This document shows positions 13,201 through 56,399 of a stretch of DNA of 64,000 nt, piece by piece. Position numbers and translations under genes: made by a program. Origin of the DNA: Vicugna vicugna (Eukaryota); the NCBI GenBank assembly GCA_013265495.1, contig MU061578.1, positions 2,923,308-2,987,307 on the forward strand, in the 5' to 3' direction. Position 1 is the stretch's first letter. Every line of letters begins with the position of its first letter. Under the pieces are notes generated by a model, which was not told where the DNA came from, did not search any database, and was given only the letters and a program-made list of their open reading frames with translations.

Positions 13201-16200
13201 CAGCAGAGGAGTGTTTCACCCTGTACATCCCTTTTTCCTGACCTCCCAACAGAGGTACTCGCAGACCCCTTGACCAGGCTTGGGTTGTGCACTCATCCTT
13301 AAACAGGTGGTTGCAAGAAGCAGTGAGTTTCCATGACAACCCAGACCACTCTCGTGTCACCCACTTGGCTGAGAAGAGTGTTGTATCTCTTGGGACCCTC
13401 TACTAGCAAGAAGGAGCTGTGTTTTTAGTGGGGGTGAGGAAAGGGCCTTGGGAGGTGTGGAAACACGCAGTCAAGTGGATGGGGGACTTTTCCCTCTGAT
13501 CTCCTGGAAAGTGGAAATGAGGCCTTGTCTGAGATGGTATGGCCAAGCCCAAAATGTAGATGTGTAGGGGACTTCTAGGATTTCCTCCCCTGTCCCCAGG
13601 AAGGCCTTCTGAAGTGCTCCCCAACTGAGCATCCAGGCTTCAGCACCACCTCCCTGCCCCTATGACACTGACCCCAGCCCCAGACTCATTGGGCTCCATA
13701 GGCTAAGGCAGGTAGCCTGGCCACCCAACTGACTGCCCTGGCCTAAGGACAAGGAGGGTGCTGGGGGTGTCTCTGGGGAGGTGGCTGGCCTGTGAAACTA
13801 CTGTGAACCCAAGTTGAGTCAGACCCAGGCTCTAGACTCTGGATGTGACTGCTGACCACTCTTAGGGCCATCCTGTGGTGCCATGTGGCAAAGGAGTAGG
13901 GCGGAGGGGTTCACATTCCACAGGCCTTGACCAGCTCCCCTGTGGCCTGCTCTGCCCCTCTAGATGCTCTGCTGGCATGAGAGTGCCCACCCCTCTGGGG
14001 ACAGCCCCTGCCCTGTCCTCCGCTGGCCCCTCCTGGACCCACCACTGCCCAGGGTGCTATCGCCAGGCTCGCCTCCCTGGCTCGCTGCCCAGCCCACTCT
14101 ACTCCTTGAGGAGCTTATGACACCCAGGGTCATGGTTCAGGCTGGGACGCTGTGGGGCAGCTGGTCCCTCTGCTCAGAAAGGTCTCTCTGAGCTGGGTGG
14201 GTCAGGGCTGAGTATGACAGTCCTTTGTGGTTAGTCTAGGTGGAGGGGGCACCACAGGCTCTGGAATCCCTGTGACCTACACGCTGCTTGGCCTCAGGCT
14301 GGGCATTTCAGTCCAGTGGGGCTTGGGGAGGAGGCAGGGGATGCGGCTGAGGAGATTGAAGTGCATGAATTCACTGGTGCTGGTGCCCAGCCTAGCCGTG
14401 GCTGGGGTTTAAGACGGCTGCACCTGACGATAGGACAGTTCGTGAGGGGCCTGCGGTCCAGTAGTCCAGTAGGATGGAGGGGACAGTGGGGCTAGACCTG
14501 GGTGTCCTGGGGCATTCTGAGATGGGGAGGTGAGTCCAGGCTGTGGGCTGTGTGGACCCCACCCCTTCCTGCCCTGAGCAGGTCTTGGTCCGACGACTTG
14601 ATGATGGCACGGAGCTCCGTGGCCGCATTGTGGAGACTGAGGCATACTTGGGGCCAGAGGATGAAGCTGCCCATTCTCGGGGTGGCCGGCAGACCCCCCG
14701 CAACCGTGGCATGTTCATGAAGCCAGGGACCCTGTACGTGTATCTCATCTATGGCATGTACTTCTGCATGAATGTTTCCAGCCGAGGTGAGTGGTGCTGG
14801 GGCATGGGGTGAGTGGGGGAAGGAGGCCAGAGCAGTCCCCTCAGCTGATAGACCCTTGGGAGGACCAGGCTGGGCAGGTGTTTGAGCAAGGGGGTGCCCT
14901 TGCTCACCTAGGCTGGGGTTTTAGGAACTCTGGCTGCACTGACAGGGTGGTTGGAGGTACAGGGGGCCCCCATGGAGTAGAGGTCAGGGGTTGACCTGAA
15001 CATAGAGCAGATGGTTCCATGAGGCCACCACTGGTCCCAGAGCTCAGAGCTGGTGTCACTGACAGCCCAGGGTAGACTTGGGAAGGGCTGATCATGGGGA
15101 AACAGGGTGAGATCGATTTGGGGTGAGCTAGGCTCAGGCAGAGCTTTGCCAGGCAGCCAGTTACAGGTCTGGATCAGCTCTTCTCTACTGGGGATGACCC
15201 TGCCCACCCCCCACCCCCACGCAACATTAGGCGATGTCTGACACATTTCTGGTCATCACTGCTGGGGGGATGCTACTGGCATATAGTGGATGGAGGTGAT
15301 GCTGAACAGCTCACAACGCACAGGATAGCCTCCCAGAGAACTGTGGGCCCCAAAGGTCAGCGGGGCCATGCAGAGAGACGCTGGTCGACGGCTCCCGGGA
15401 GGGCCCACCCATCTCAGGAGACCCACCCTGCGGCAGCCTCTGTCCTTCATGAGTAGGCAGCTCTGTTTTCTGGGTGGTCTCTGCTCAGCAGGAAGAGCCC
15501 ATAGTACCATAGTACCGTCCTGCCCGAGCCACTGCTGACCTGCAGCAGGGTCAGCCCAGCCCACTTGGACTAGCCAGTGCCAGCTGCCATCCCAGGTAAA
15601 CAAACACTTGAGGACAGTCACACCCGTGGAACAAGTCCAGTGATGTGTGAGTTGTGACTGCCCAGAGTGGACAGCTGGGGATGTCTAGTGCCAGAGCCAC
15701 AGGGGTGAGAAGACACAGGGAACCCACAACTGGCCCTCTGCCCAGCACAAAGCAGGTGCTGAGTGAAACTGAGTGGCATGGATGGCCCCCGGGGGCCCTG
15801 TTGTCACCCAGAGAGCTTACTCAGGTTGCTAAGCTTTTCTTTGACATTAGAACCAACCCCTTGTGTGAGGGGAGACCGCGCTTGGGCAAGAGGCTGCAAT
15901 CAGTGAGGAAGAGGGGGAGCCCAAGTCTTCTGCAGGTACAGTGAACAAGGCAGATGTGGGAAGTGGCATGGTACTTTCTGGTCACAAGACCAAGGGGCCC
16001 CAGGAACATCCAGGCCAGGGGGACAGAAAAGCCACAGAAGTGCAAACAGTCAGGGCCAAGGGTCATCTGGGTGCAGTGAGCAGGGATGGCTGAGGACAGT
16101 CATGGCCTGCGTGTCCCTGAGGCAGAGATGGTGCAGAGATCAGAACAGGTAGGGCCAACTCCAGGGGCTGAGTGGCTGGCATGGGCAGAGTAGGGGGTGA

Positions 16201-17544
16201 TGGGGAGGCCCAGTGGGAAGAGGTGGGGGTGTCGTGCTTTTGTCAGGATGTGGGACTCAGGTGCGTTCCAGGAGAGGAGGGGCTGACTGCTCCTCCGACC
16301 CTTCTGCAGGTGGCACCCAGAGGTAGCCTTGAGGCTGGTGGACAGGGGAGGGCCTAAGAAGGGACTAAAACTTCAAGGCTTTATGGGCCTTTGGGCACAT
16401 CTCGAGGTCCTTTGAAAACCATCTGGTTAAGGGGACCTGGTCACAAACACCTGCACACTTGCTGGCTACGCAGGAGGCCATGGCTGCCACAAGTACTCAG
16501 GGCCAGCTCCTGGGTGCTCATGGGGAGGCCTGTGTGGCTGAGGCCTGAGGGTGAGGACTGGCCTGGCTGTGCCTCAGGCTGAGCCCCTCAGACTCCCAGC
16601 TGGAGCAGGTATCCCAGGAGAGTGGCCTTGCTGGAGGATCAGGGCTTCTCTGTCCAGAGCCCAGAGGATAATCACTGTCCCCAGGCAGGAATCTAAAGGC
16701 ATTTGGACAGATGTCTTCTCGAGGGAATCCCTGTCTCTTAAGTGGCCTAGACTGGTTGGGGAGGGGACCCTGAGGGAGGTGGGGGTGGGCATCAGTCTCC
16801 CCACTGGGTCACAGGGTGGGGCTCACCCATGTCCTGCACACATTGGTGGCTGTTTCAAGCCACCCTTCCAGCTCCCCTAAAAGACACCCAGTGGGGGAGG
16901 CAGATGGAGGACCACGGGCCCCAGGGTGGAGGGCCAGCCTCACAATGAGAGCCAATCACCAAACCAGAGGAAACCCGGGAGCTCTGGCCAGGCTTTCTCC
17001 CAGGTCCTCCCCAGCTGGTGGTCAGGTGGCCAGAGGCACCCACAAGAGGCAGGGGTGCGTGTGGGTGCAGGTGTGCAGGAGGGGAGGCGGGCTGAGCGTA
17101 TGGACGGTGAGTGAGCATTTTCTCGTGCCCTGTGATAGGGAGGGCAACCGCCCTGGGGGCCCTGTCTCTCCCACAGGGGATGGGGCATGTGTCCTGCTGC
17201 GAGCCCTGGAGCCCCTGGGAGGCCTGGAGGCCATGCGGCAGCTGCGCAGTACCCTCCGCAAAGGTGCCACAGGCCGAGCCCTCAAAGACCGTGAGCTCTG
17301 CAACGGCCCCTCCAAGCTGTGCCAGGCCCTGGCCATTGACAAGAGCTTCGACCAGCGGGACCTGGCCACAGATGAAGCTGTATGGCTGGAGCAGGGGCCC
17401 AGGGAGTCTGCGGTGGTGGCAGCAGCCCGAGTGGGCATCGGCCATGCTGGAGAGTGGGCGCACAAACCCCTGCGCTTCTATGTGCAGGGCAGCCCCTGGG
17501 TCAGCGTGGTGGACAGAGCGGCTGAGCAGACTGCACAGGCCTGA
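9846..17544 (+). CDS. MPG: N-methylpurine DNA glycosylase (AAG), spliced CDS join(9846..9869,11907..12140,14582..14786,17177..17544), 276 aa
   Basis: Exons sum to 831 nt in frame with GT-AG introns. Translation [18 protein letters not shown]...[19 protein letters not shown]...[13 protein letters not shown]...[13 protein letters not shown]...[12 protein letters not shown]...PLRFYV contains the AAG catalytic Glu and intercalating Tyr motifs. Position between RHBDF1 and NPRL3 is as expected. Confidence 0.96.
10498..10630 (-). mobile_element. MIR fragment
   Basis: MIR core-like ctttctgcatatgaggaaacaaaggcacaga. Confidence 0.6.
11720..11835 (-). mobile_element. MIR fragment in MPG intron 1
   Basis: MIR core-like ccccttttttgcagatggggaaactgaag. 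Confidence 0.6.
11907..12140 (+). CDS. MPG: MPG coding exon 2
   Basis: ttttcctgtcacag acceptor; LSFRMGQK...[26 protein letters not shown] donor. Confidence 0.93.
14582..14786 (+). CDS. MPG: MPG coding exon 3
   Basis: VLVRRL...ETEAYLG...MNVSSR; cag acceptor, G|GTGAGT donor. Confidence 0.96.
17177..17544 (+). CDS. MPG: MPG coding exon 4 (to stop)
   Basis: cccacag acceptor; [13 protein letters not shown]...AEQTAQA-TGA. Confidence 0.96.
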
Positions 17545-17569
17545 GTAAGGACCTGCGTGGATGACGATT

Positions 17570-17575
17570 TTTAAT
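17570..17575 (-). terminator. Probable NPRL3 polyadenylation signal ATTAAA
   Basis: First AWTAAA I could find on the minus strand downstream of the NPRL3 stop. Confidence 0.55.
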
Positions 17576-17588
17576 TGTTTAAAAACAA

Positions 17589-17594
17589 AATAAA
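17589..17594 (+). terminator. MPG polyadenylation signal AATAAA
   Basis: 45 nt after the MPG stop, GT-rich sequence downstream. Confidence 0.7.
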
Positions 17595-18196
17595 TGCATT
17601 GTTTCCAGAAAACTGTCACTTGTGTCTCAGCCAGAGCCCCTTGGTAGTCAGCTCTTCCTCCGTGGTAGGACCCGGGTCTACGCGTGCAGCAGGTGTCTTG
17701 AGAGGCTGCCCTGGGCACAGGAGGACCAGAAGCACCAGTGTGGAGCAGCTTCCTGCCCCTACCCCAAGGAAGCACGTTCAGCAGGCCCTCACCAGCTGCA
17801 GCACATCATCAGCCCAGGTCCTTGTGCCTCAGGTGGCGGCTGAGTGGGGTGTGTTGTGGGGTGACAGCCTGGCCATAGCCTCCTGGTGGCTAATGCAGGA
17901 CAGTGGTGAGGTCTGGGCTGGGCACTCAGGCCTCACACTCTGGACCAGCAGGGTGGGGAGGGGGCTCTGAGAGAACTCAGGCCTGAGCCTGTGTGGGAAG
18001 CACGCAGGTCTCACTCGGAGGCCTGAGTCCTGGATGCTCCCTCCATCTCCAGCCTCTCCCTCTCAGCTCAGACGTGGAGTCTGTTTCGAGGACTGGATCA
18101 AACTGAGGATGCAGAGGGCAGTGGCCGCATGGGGAGGGGACAGGCCAGCACCCCTGCCCACGGCAGCAGCCCGTCTGCCCCATCCTCAGCTCGGGC

Positions 18197-49945
<31,749 letters not shown>

Positions 49946-50089
49946 GGGAGAAGAGAACCACTAGCAACGTGAATAAGAAACTGGGGTCGGTTTAACCCTT
50001 AGGTTCAACTTACTCTTCTAGGTTATAAAAGTAACAGTTGCTTTGGGCAGAGAGTTCAAACTTAGAAATGTAAAATAGGTTGAAGAAAT

Positions 50090-51310
50090 CACGTTAGTGG
50101 ATGAAAGACCTAAGTATAAGAGCTAACACTGAAACACGGGGAAAACACAAGGGTGAGTCTTCGTGACCTGGGACTAGACAGTGGTTCCTAAAGTATGACA
50201 TCAAATGCACAAGCGACCAAAGAAATAGTTAATTGGACTTCATCAAGTCAAAAACTTTTACGCTTTAAAGGATAACACCCCAAAAGTTAAAAAAGGCACC
50301 CACGATGTTCATGTATAACTGAAAAATTGTGCTCTACACTGGAATTTGACACAACATTGTAAAATGATTACAAACCAATAAAAATGTTTTTTGAAAAAAG
50401 CACCCACCGAATGGGAGAAAATATTTACAAGTCATTTATCTGATAAGGGAATTGTATCCAGAATTTTTTTTTAACTTTTACAGTTCTACAAGAAAAAGGC
50501 AAGTAACCAATTGAAAAGCGGATAAAGGATGTGAACAGACACTTCTCAAAATTAAGACAAATGGCCAGTAAGCATGTGAAAATATGCTAAACATCACTGC
50601 TTGTTAGAGAAATGCAAATCTAAACCAAAAAGAGATACCACCTCACACCCAGTAGAATGGCTATAATCGATAAGTGAAATAACAAGTGTTGGCTAAGAGG
50701 TGGAGAAACTGGAATCTGTGGACACTGGGTGGGAATGTGAAATGGTGCAGCTACTGTGGGAAACAGTCTGGAAGTTCCTCAAAAGGTTAAACATGGAGTT
50801 ACCATGTGACCCAGCAATTCCATTCCTAGGTATAGACCCAAGAGAATAAAAACCTGTGTCCACACAAAAACCTGTACCATGGTCAAAGCACCACTATTCA
50901 TAACAGCCCCAAAGTGAAAACAACCCAAATGTCCTTCAGCTGATGAATGGGTGAATAAAATATGGTAGAATCCATGCAATGAAATAGTATTTGGTCATAA
51001 AAGGGGAAGAAATACTGATACATGAGTGAACCTTGAACAAATACATGTTGTATGATTCCATTCATATAAATGGCCAAAATAGGCAAATCCTTGGAGACAG
51101 AAGGTAGATTAGGTTGTCTAGGACTGCGGTAGTTGGAGGGTGTGACTGTTAATGGGTATTGGGTTTCTTTTGGGTTGACAAAAATGTTCTAATTGTGGTG
51201 ATACTTGCATAACTCTCTGAATATACTAAAGCCTACTGAGCTGCACACTTTAAATGGATGAAATTTATGGTATGTAAATTCTATCTCACAATACAGCTGT
51301 TTTTAAAAAG
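50090..51310 (+). mobile_element. Old L1 (ORF2 end plus 3' UTR) carrying a short nested younger L1 tail at about 50304-50394
   Basis: gaaatgcaaatctaaacc...gacccagcaattccattcctagg; nested piece flanked by aaaa(g/a)gcacccac. Confidence 0.85.
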
Positions 51311-52689
51311 TGAAAAAAAATTAACCCACCCACCCCACCCAGTCTTCCCCAGGAGGTAACTGTAGTGCACACTCTACTGCGAAACTGTCTCCAAATCTTT
51401 CTCAATTGCATCGGATGCAGGACTAAGTGTTCACTGCTGAAGTAACCTCCCTCACTGAAGCTGACATAAACATGTATTTTGCAGGGCAGATTTGTGGGTT
51501 GGACCTGCCAAGGTGAAGGGTACATGCATTTCAAATGTCTCAAACAGAACCCAAGAAAGTACTGCCCTGCCTGGGGCTACATAGCATTGACTTTATTTTT
51601 TCCCAAAATTTCCAAAAAGGGAAATCATGTCTTATGTTGCATTTCTCTGATTATTACTAAGGAGCAGAACTATCACTTGATTATTTGCCAGTGTCTTTGA
51701 ACTGCCTTCATGTTTCCTTCTGGGTTGTTTGTCCTTTGATTTGTTCTTTCTTTCTAAGGGTTAGTTCCCCTCTGTGACAGATTCTGCAAGACTTTTTCTC
51801 AGTCTAGTAGATTTTGATTTTATGTATCATCAAAAGGTTTCTGAGTATTCCCGCAGTTCCCAGGAGCATCCCTACAATGACAAGAAGGGCAGAGGGGCAG
51901 GAGGTGAGGCTGGGAAGCTGGGTGGATAGGGAAGGGGTAGCCCACTGTTGAAGGGAAATGGCCCACTGTGGTAATGGGCGTCCCCACAGGGTCACTGGGA
52001 ATCTGCAGGTGTCCAGACGGGAGAACCAGGACTCTGGCTCAGGCGTCCTTCCTCCAACTTCCCTGGACATGCTGCTGCCCTACTAGATAGTCCTATGGCC
52101 ACAGAACCTGGCTGTGTCTGGGCTAGGAGAAGAAGGCTCTATAGGTTAATATCTTTTCATTGTAAGAAGCACTGGAATCCACGAACGGTGAAGTGTAGTC
52201 ACCAACATCCTGGCCACAGAAGTCCTGGATACATCCCTTCCCGGGCTACCCCCACAGTGCTCGGGTGTAGGCTATCTAGGGCAGAACTGGAGAAAGCAGG
52301 GATCTGAATTCCATGCCACGTTCACCGATAGCACCTCAGTGGCCATGTTTCTCTGCCTCATTGGGCTGATACAGAAATCAGGACTCATGTATCAGCAGCC
52401 AGAGGGAATGATGGTAGGCTGGCCCTGCCATGGGCCTCAAGCTCCCCACCAGGAACAGAAGTGGGAACAAGGGTCTCCTGGACAGCAATGTGCCCAGGGC
52501 AGCCTCTGCTTACTGCAGGCCATGTCCTCAGGCTCTTCCCTGCCAGCACCCCACATCTCTATGACCTCATTTTAAATTTACATTAAAAAAATTTAAATAA
52601 TTCTTTTGTAACCTACTTTTTTTAGAGGTAACTGGATTCTTGGAAACAAACTCTCGACCCTTCCTCCGAGCCTGGGTCCCCCTAGGCAG

Positions 52690-52910
52690 GGCCAGGAGGC
52701 TGTGCAGAAGGCCAGGCCTTATCGGTCCCACCACACGGTCTGGGCCTGATAGAGCCACGACAGACTGTCAGAGGGCCAGGCAGGGCTCGCAGGCCCTATC
52801 TCAGACCCACCACTGCCACTGCAGTGTTTCTGCCCGGGAAGAATCACTCGCTCACGACAGTAACTCTAATCACCTGAATTCATGCTGCTGTGTCTCAAGG
52901 TCACATGGCA
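52690..52910. promoter_or_regulatory. Candidate MCS-R4 (HS-10) erythroid element
   Basis: Three clustered GATA cores (TTATC 52719, TGATAG 52747, CTATCT 52796) in unique DNA between the NPRL3 promoter and HBZ. Confidence 0.55.
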
Positions 52911-53596
52911 GCAGAACATGATTCTTATGAGTGAGGTAGAGGTTAAAACAGTGAAACTAGGACTCCTAAGGTGACTTACCCTGCCCAGGGGCTGCTCTTG
53001 GGAGAGGGTCTGTAGAACTTTGTCTCAACATTCTGCTGGGAGACCAGGGCCTCTCTGAGCTCAGCTCCAGCTATGCAAGCTCTGAAGAAGTCTGAGGCTT
53101 GGAATCCAGCCCAGAGACCAGCAAGCTCTGAGTCCTGCATGGGCTCAGGAAGGACCCTCTTGTGTCAGGTGGGAAACCCAGGCTCAGAAACAGAAAAGAC
53201 TTGCCCATCTCAAACCTCAGTCTCCTCTCCCCACAGGGGCTGATTCCCTCCTCCACTGACACTTTGATCATGTTTTGTAAACTTTCCAAGACTCCGTTTC
53301 CTTATCTTAAAGCATGAAATGATGATAAAGCAAAACTCTCGCAGAGTTGTGAGGGTTGCATACCCAGCATGAAGAGTATCCAGTCTGCACCACGCCCAGA
53401 ACTTTAGAAAGTGCTCTATATGGGTCAGCTAGAGCCAGACAGCAGGCCTCACCTGACACCACACACAAAGTCAGTCCAATGGGGACTGCTGCTCAGCTCA
53501 AGGGACAAGAAAGTGAAGTCCTTAGAAAGGTGGCATGGAAAGTTTGCTTCACCTCGGCACACAACTCGTATTCAACTTTTTAAACAAAAATTGAAA

Positions 53597-53731
53597 GGGG
53601 GAGGTTATAGCTCAGTGGTAGAGTGCCTGCTTAGCATGCAGGAGGTCCTGGGTTTAATCTCTGGTACTTCCATTAAAATAAATAAATAAACCTAATTACC
53701 TACCCCTCCAAAAGAAGCTAAAAGAAAAAAA
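53597..53731 (+). mobile_element. Vic-1-type SINE
   Basis: ggggaggttatagctcagtggtagagtgcctgcttagcatg head, aacctaattacc tail. Confidence 0.88.
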
Positions 53732-53739
53732 ATTTAGGT

Positions 53740-54170
53740 AAAATTTGCATAATGCAAAATTAACCACTTTAAAGGGAACAGTCGGTGGCATTTCCTTTAT
53801 TCGTAATGGGCGCAACGATGGTCACGAACTAGTTCCAGATTATTTTCATCCTCCCAAGAGGAAGCCTAGTACCCACTGTGCAACTCCTCCTCCCCACAGC
53901 CCCCAGCACCCACTCATCCACTTTCCGTCTCCTGAATTTGCCTGTTCTGGACAATTCATATAAAGAGATTCACACAGCATATGGCCTCTCATATCTGGCT
54001 TCTTTCCTTGGTATAGTGTTTTCAAAGTTCGTCCGAGTTGTAACAAGTGCAGTGCTTTATTTTTGTGGCTGAATAAAGTCTCATTTTGTGGAAATAACAC
54101 AGTTTGTTTATCCATTCATTCACTGATGGACAAGTGGGTTGTTTCTACCTCTTGGATATTGTGTATAGAA
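53740..54170 (-). mobile_element. Old L1 3' UTR fragment (minus strand)
   Basis: tttatccattcattcactgatgga..., ttaaccactttaaag. Confidence 0.75.
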
Positions 54171-54289
54171 AGGTACGACATTTTTAAACAGATTTTTTTT
54201 AATCACTAAATTTGACTGCATTTAAATTATCTACTTCTACTCCACCAAAAACAGCATTCAGAAAGTAGAGGCAAACCACAGACCCTGGG

Positions 54290-55135
54290 GGCGATAAGAC
54301 ACATGAAACTGACAGAAAGCTAATGTCCAGAATACTTTTTAAATCCCTATAAACCAGTAACTCTGGCAACACTGTAGAAAAATGGCCATGACTGGATACT
54401 TCAAGAAATGAGAAATCCTAAACAAATAAATGAATAAATAAATAATAAATATGAAACCCAAGTGGACAGTAAATATATGAACGGAGGCGCAACCTTGTCA
54501 GTGTCAGGAAAGTACAAATTAAGACCACGTGAGAAACTACTACACACCCACCAGAAAAGCTAAGATTTAAGACCAGGACCGACCATACCAAATGTTTGGA
54601 AGGATGTGGGGCAAGAGGAACCCTCATACATCATGTGAGTTGGTCCAGCTGCTCCAGAAAGCATCTCGCATTATCTGCTAAAGTTGAGAATTCCCACAGC
54701 TTAGAACCAGCTGCCCCGCTCCCAGGAAAGTACCTCACAGAATGCTCACGGCAGCACTGTTCATAATAGTCAAGAACTGAACAACCCAAACGTCCATCCC
54801 CAGTACACTGGGGAACTCATGGTCCCTTCTGACAAAGAAACACAACACAGGGATGGCAGGGAACACCCCCAGCATGGCTGGCCTGTCAGCCACATATGTG
54901 ACAGAAGACAGACACAACAGAGGGCCCACCGGACTCTTTCAAGTACCTGCGGGGCAAAAACTGGCAAAAACAACCATAGTGCCTGAGGACACATATTTGG
55001 TGTTAAAAGGTATTGAAAAGCAAGAGGTAAGTCAGGGTAGGGTGTACCTTTGGGGAGGATTGAGGTCTGAGTATGGGCCTCATTATAATTCACTCCTAGG
55101 ACATATGTCTATATTTCACAATGAATAAAGGTAAA
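54290..55135 (+). mobile_element. Degraded L1M fragment
   Basis: gcagcactgttcataatagtcaagaactg...aacccaaacgtccatc. Confidence 0.65.
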
Positions 55136-56399
55136 AAGGAAAGGACCCCTGCCCACACCAATGTCCTGAAGGGTGTGGAGGTTTCAGACACAAGGTGGCT
55201 CCTATGGAGGCCAAGGATGGGGGAAAGGGGGAGGCCCTAAGGCCTGAGAGGAGGGGAGGACCGTCCCCGTGTTGAGAGCCTGGAAGAGGCATCCTGGTGT
55301 CCACAGTCATTGCCTCCTATGCTGTCTCCTGGCCACAGACCCTAGACACTGCAGCTGGAGGGCTTCCCCCAGGAACTTCCCTCACTGAGACCCCTCTGTA
55401 CTTCCCCCAAGGACAAACCTAGTACCTTCAACCAGAGGACCAGCTCCAGCCTCACCCAGGACCCCCAGACCCCCTCCCTCTGCCTGACCTTCCTTCCACC
55501 TGACCCTCAGCCTTCTCTGTCTCACTTGCTGTATTCTGTTTCCTCTGCCAATCTGTCTCTCTGCCTGTCCATCTCTGTCTCTCTCCCTGATGACTTCTCT
55601 CCTTTCTAGGAGCTGAGGCCTTGGGAACAACTTTACACACCCTTCCTGCAGGCCCAGATCCTGCAGGTGGCCCTGGGGTTTCCTTCTGCATCAAGTGACA
55701 GCAAGAGGTGACCAGGAAGCACCAGGCTCATCCTGTCCATCTAGGAAGGAACTGAGAGGGGCAAGCCACAGTCTCTGTGAACAAGTGGAGCCCAGAGTCA
55801 GCAGAGCAACACTGCCCAGGAAAATGAGCGACAAGCATGAGGCCAATGGAGGGTGGGCACATCCCTGCAAGAGGGAAATTCTGTCACTTAAGAAGAGAGG
55901 GGCAGTTGTGAAATGTAAGTAGGGAGAGACAGGAAGGAGAGGGACCCGGCAGTGCTGCCTGGAATTGGCCTCCAGGCCACAGGCAGAACCAAACAGCCAG
56001 GGTGTAACACCTGTCTGTCAGCTCAGCATCCATCAGTCGCTGCCCCTGCCCTCAAACATCAACTCAATCTCAGGTGTGGAAGTGAGCACCGTAACACAAT
56101 AAAATGCCAGGCACTGTGTTGGCATACAGAAGGTTCTCAATACCTGCTTGTTGTACACATGGTTTCCAATCAGAGGGCTTATCTAAGCCTCACAGTTTTC
56201 TCCAAGAATAGTTCAGCAGAATGTCTCTGATCAGAACTCTCTCTCTACCCAGGAAATGTGTATCTCTGATTCTGCAAAAAGTCCAGCAGACTTTTGTGCA
56301 GATAACTCTGACTAACCCTGAAACTCACCTGGAAAGGAGTCAGAACAGCCAAAACCATTTTGGAAAAGAAGAATAAAGAGAGATGAATGACATTACCCA

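Noticed and set aside
16855..17775. 306-aa ORF antisense to MPG exon 4
   Set aside because: Shadow ORF of GC-rich coding DNA, non-ATG start, no recognisable domain
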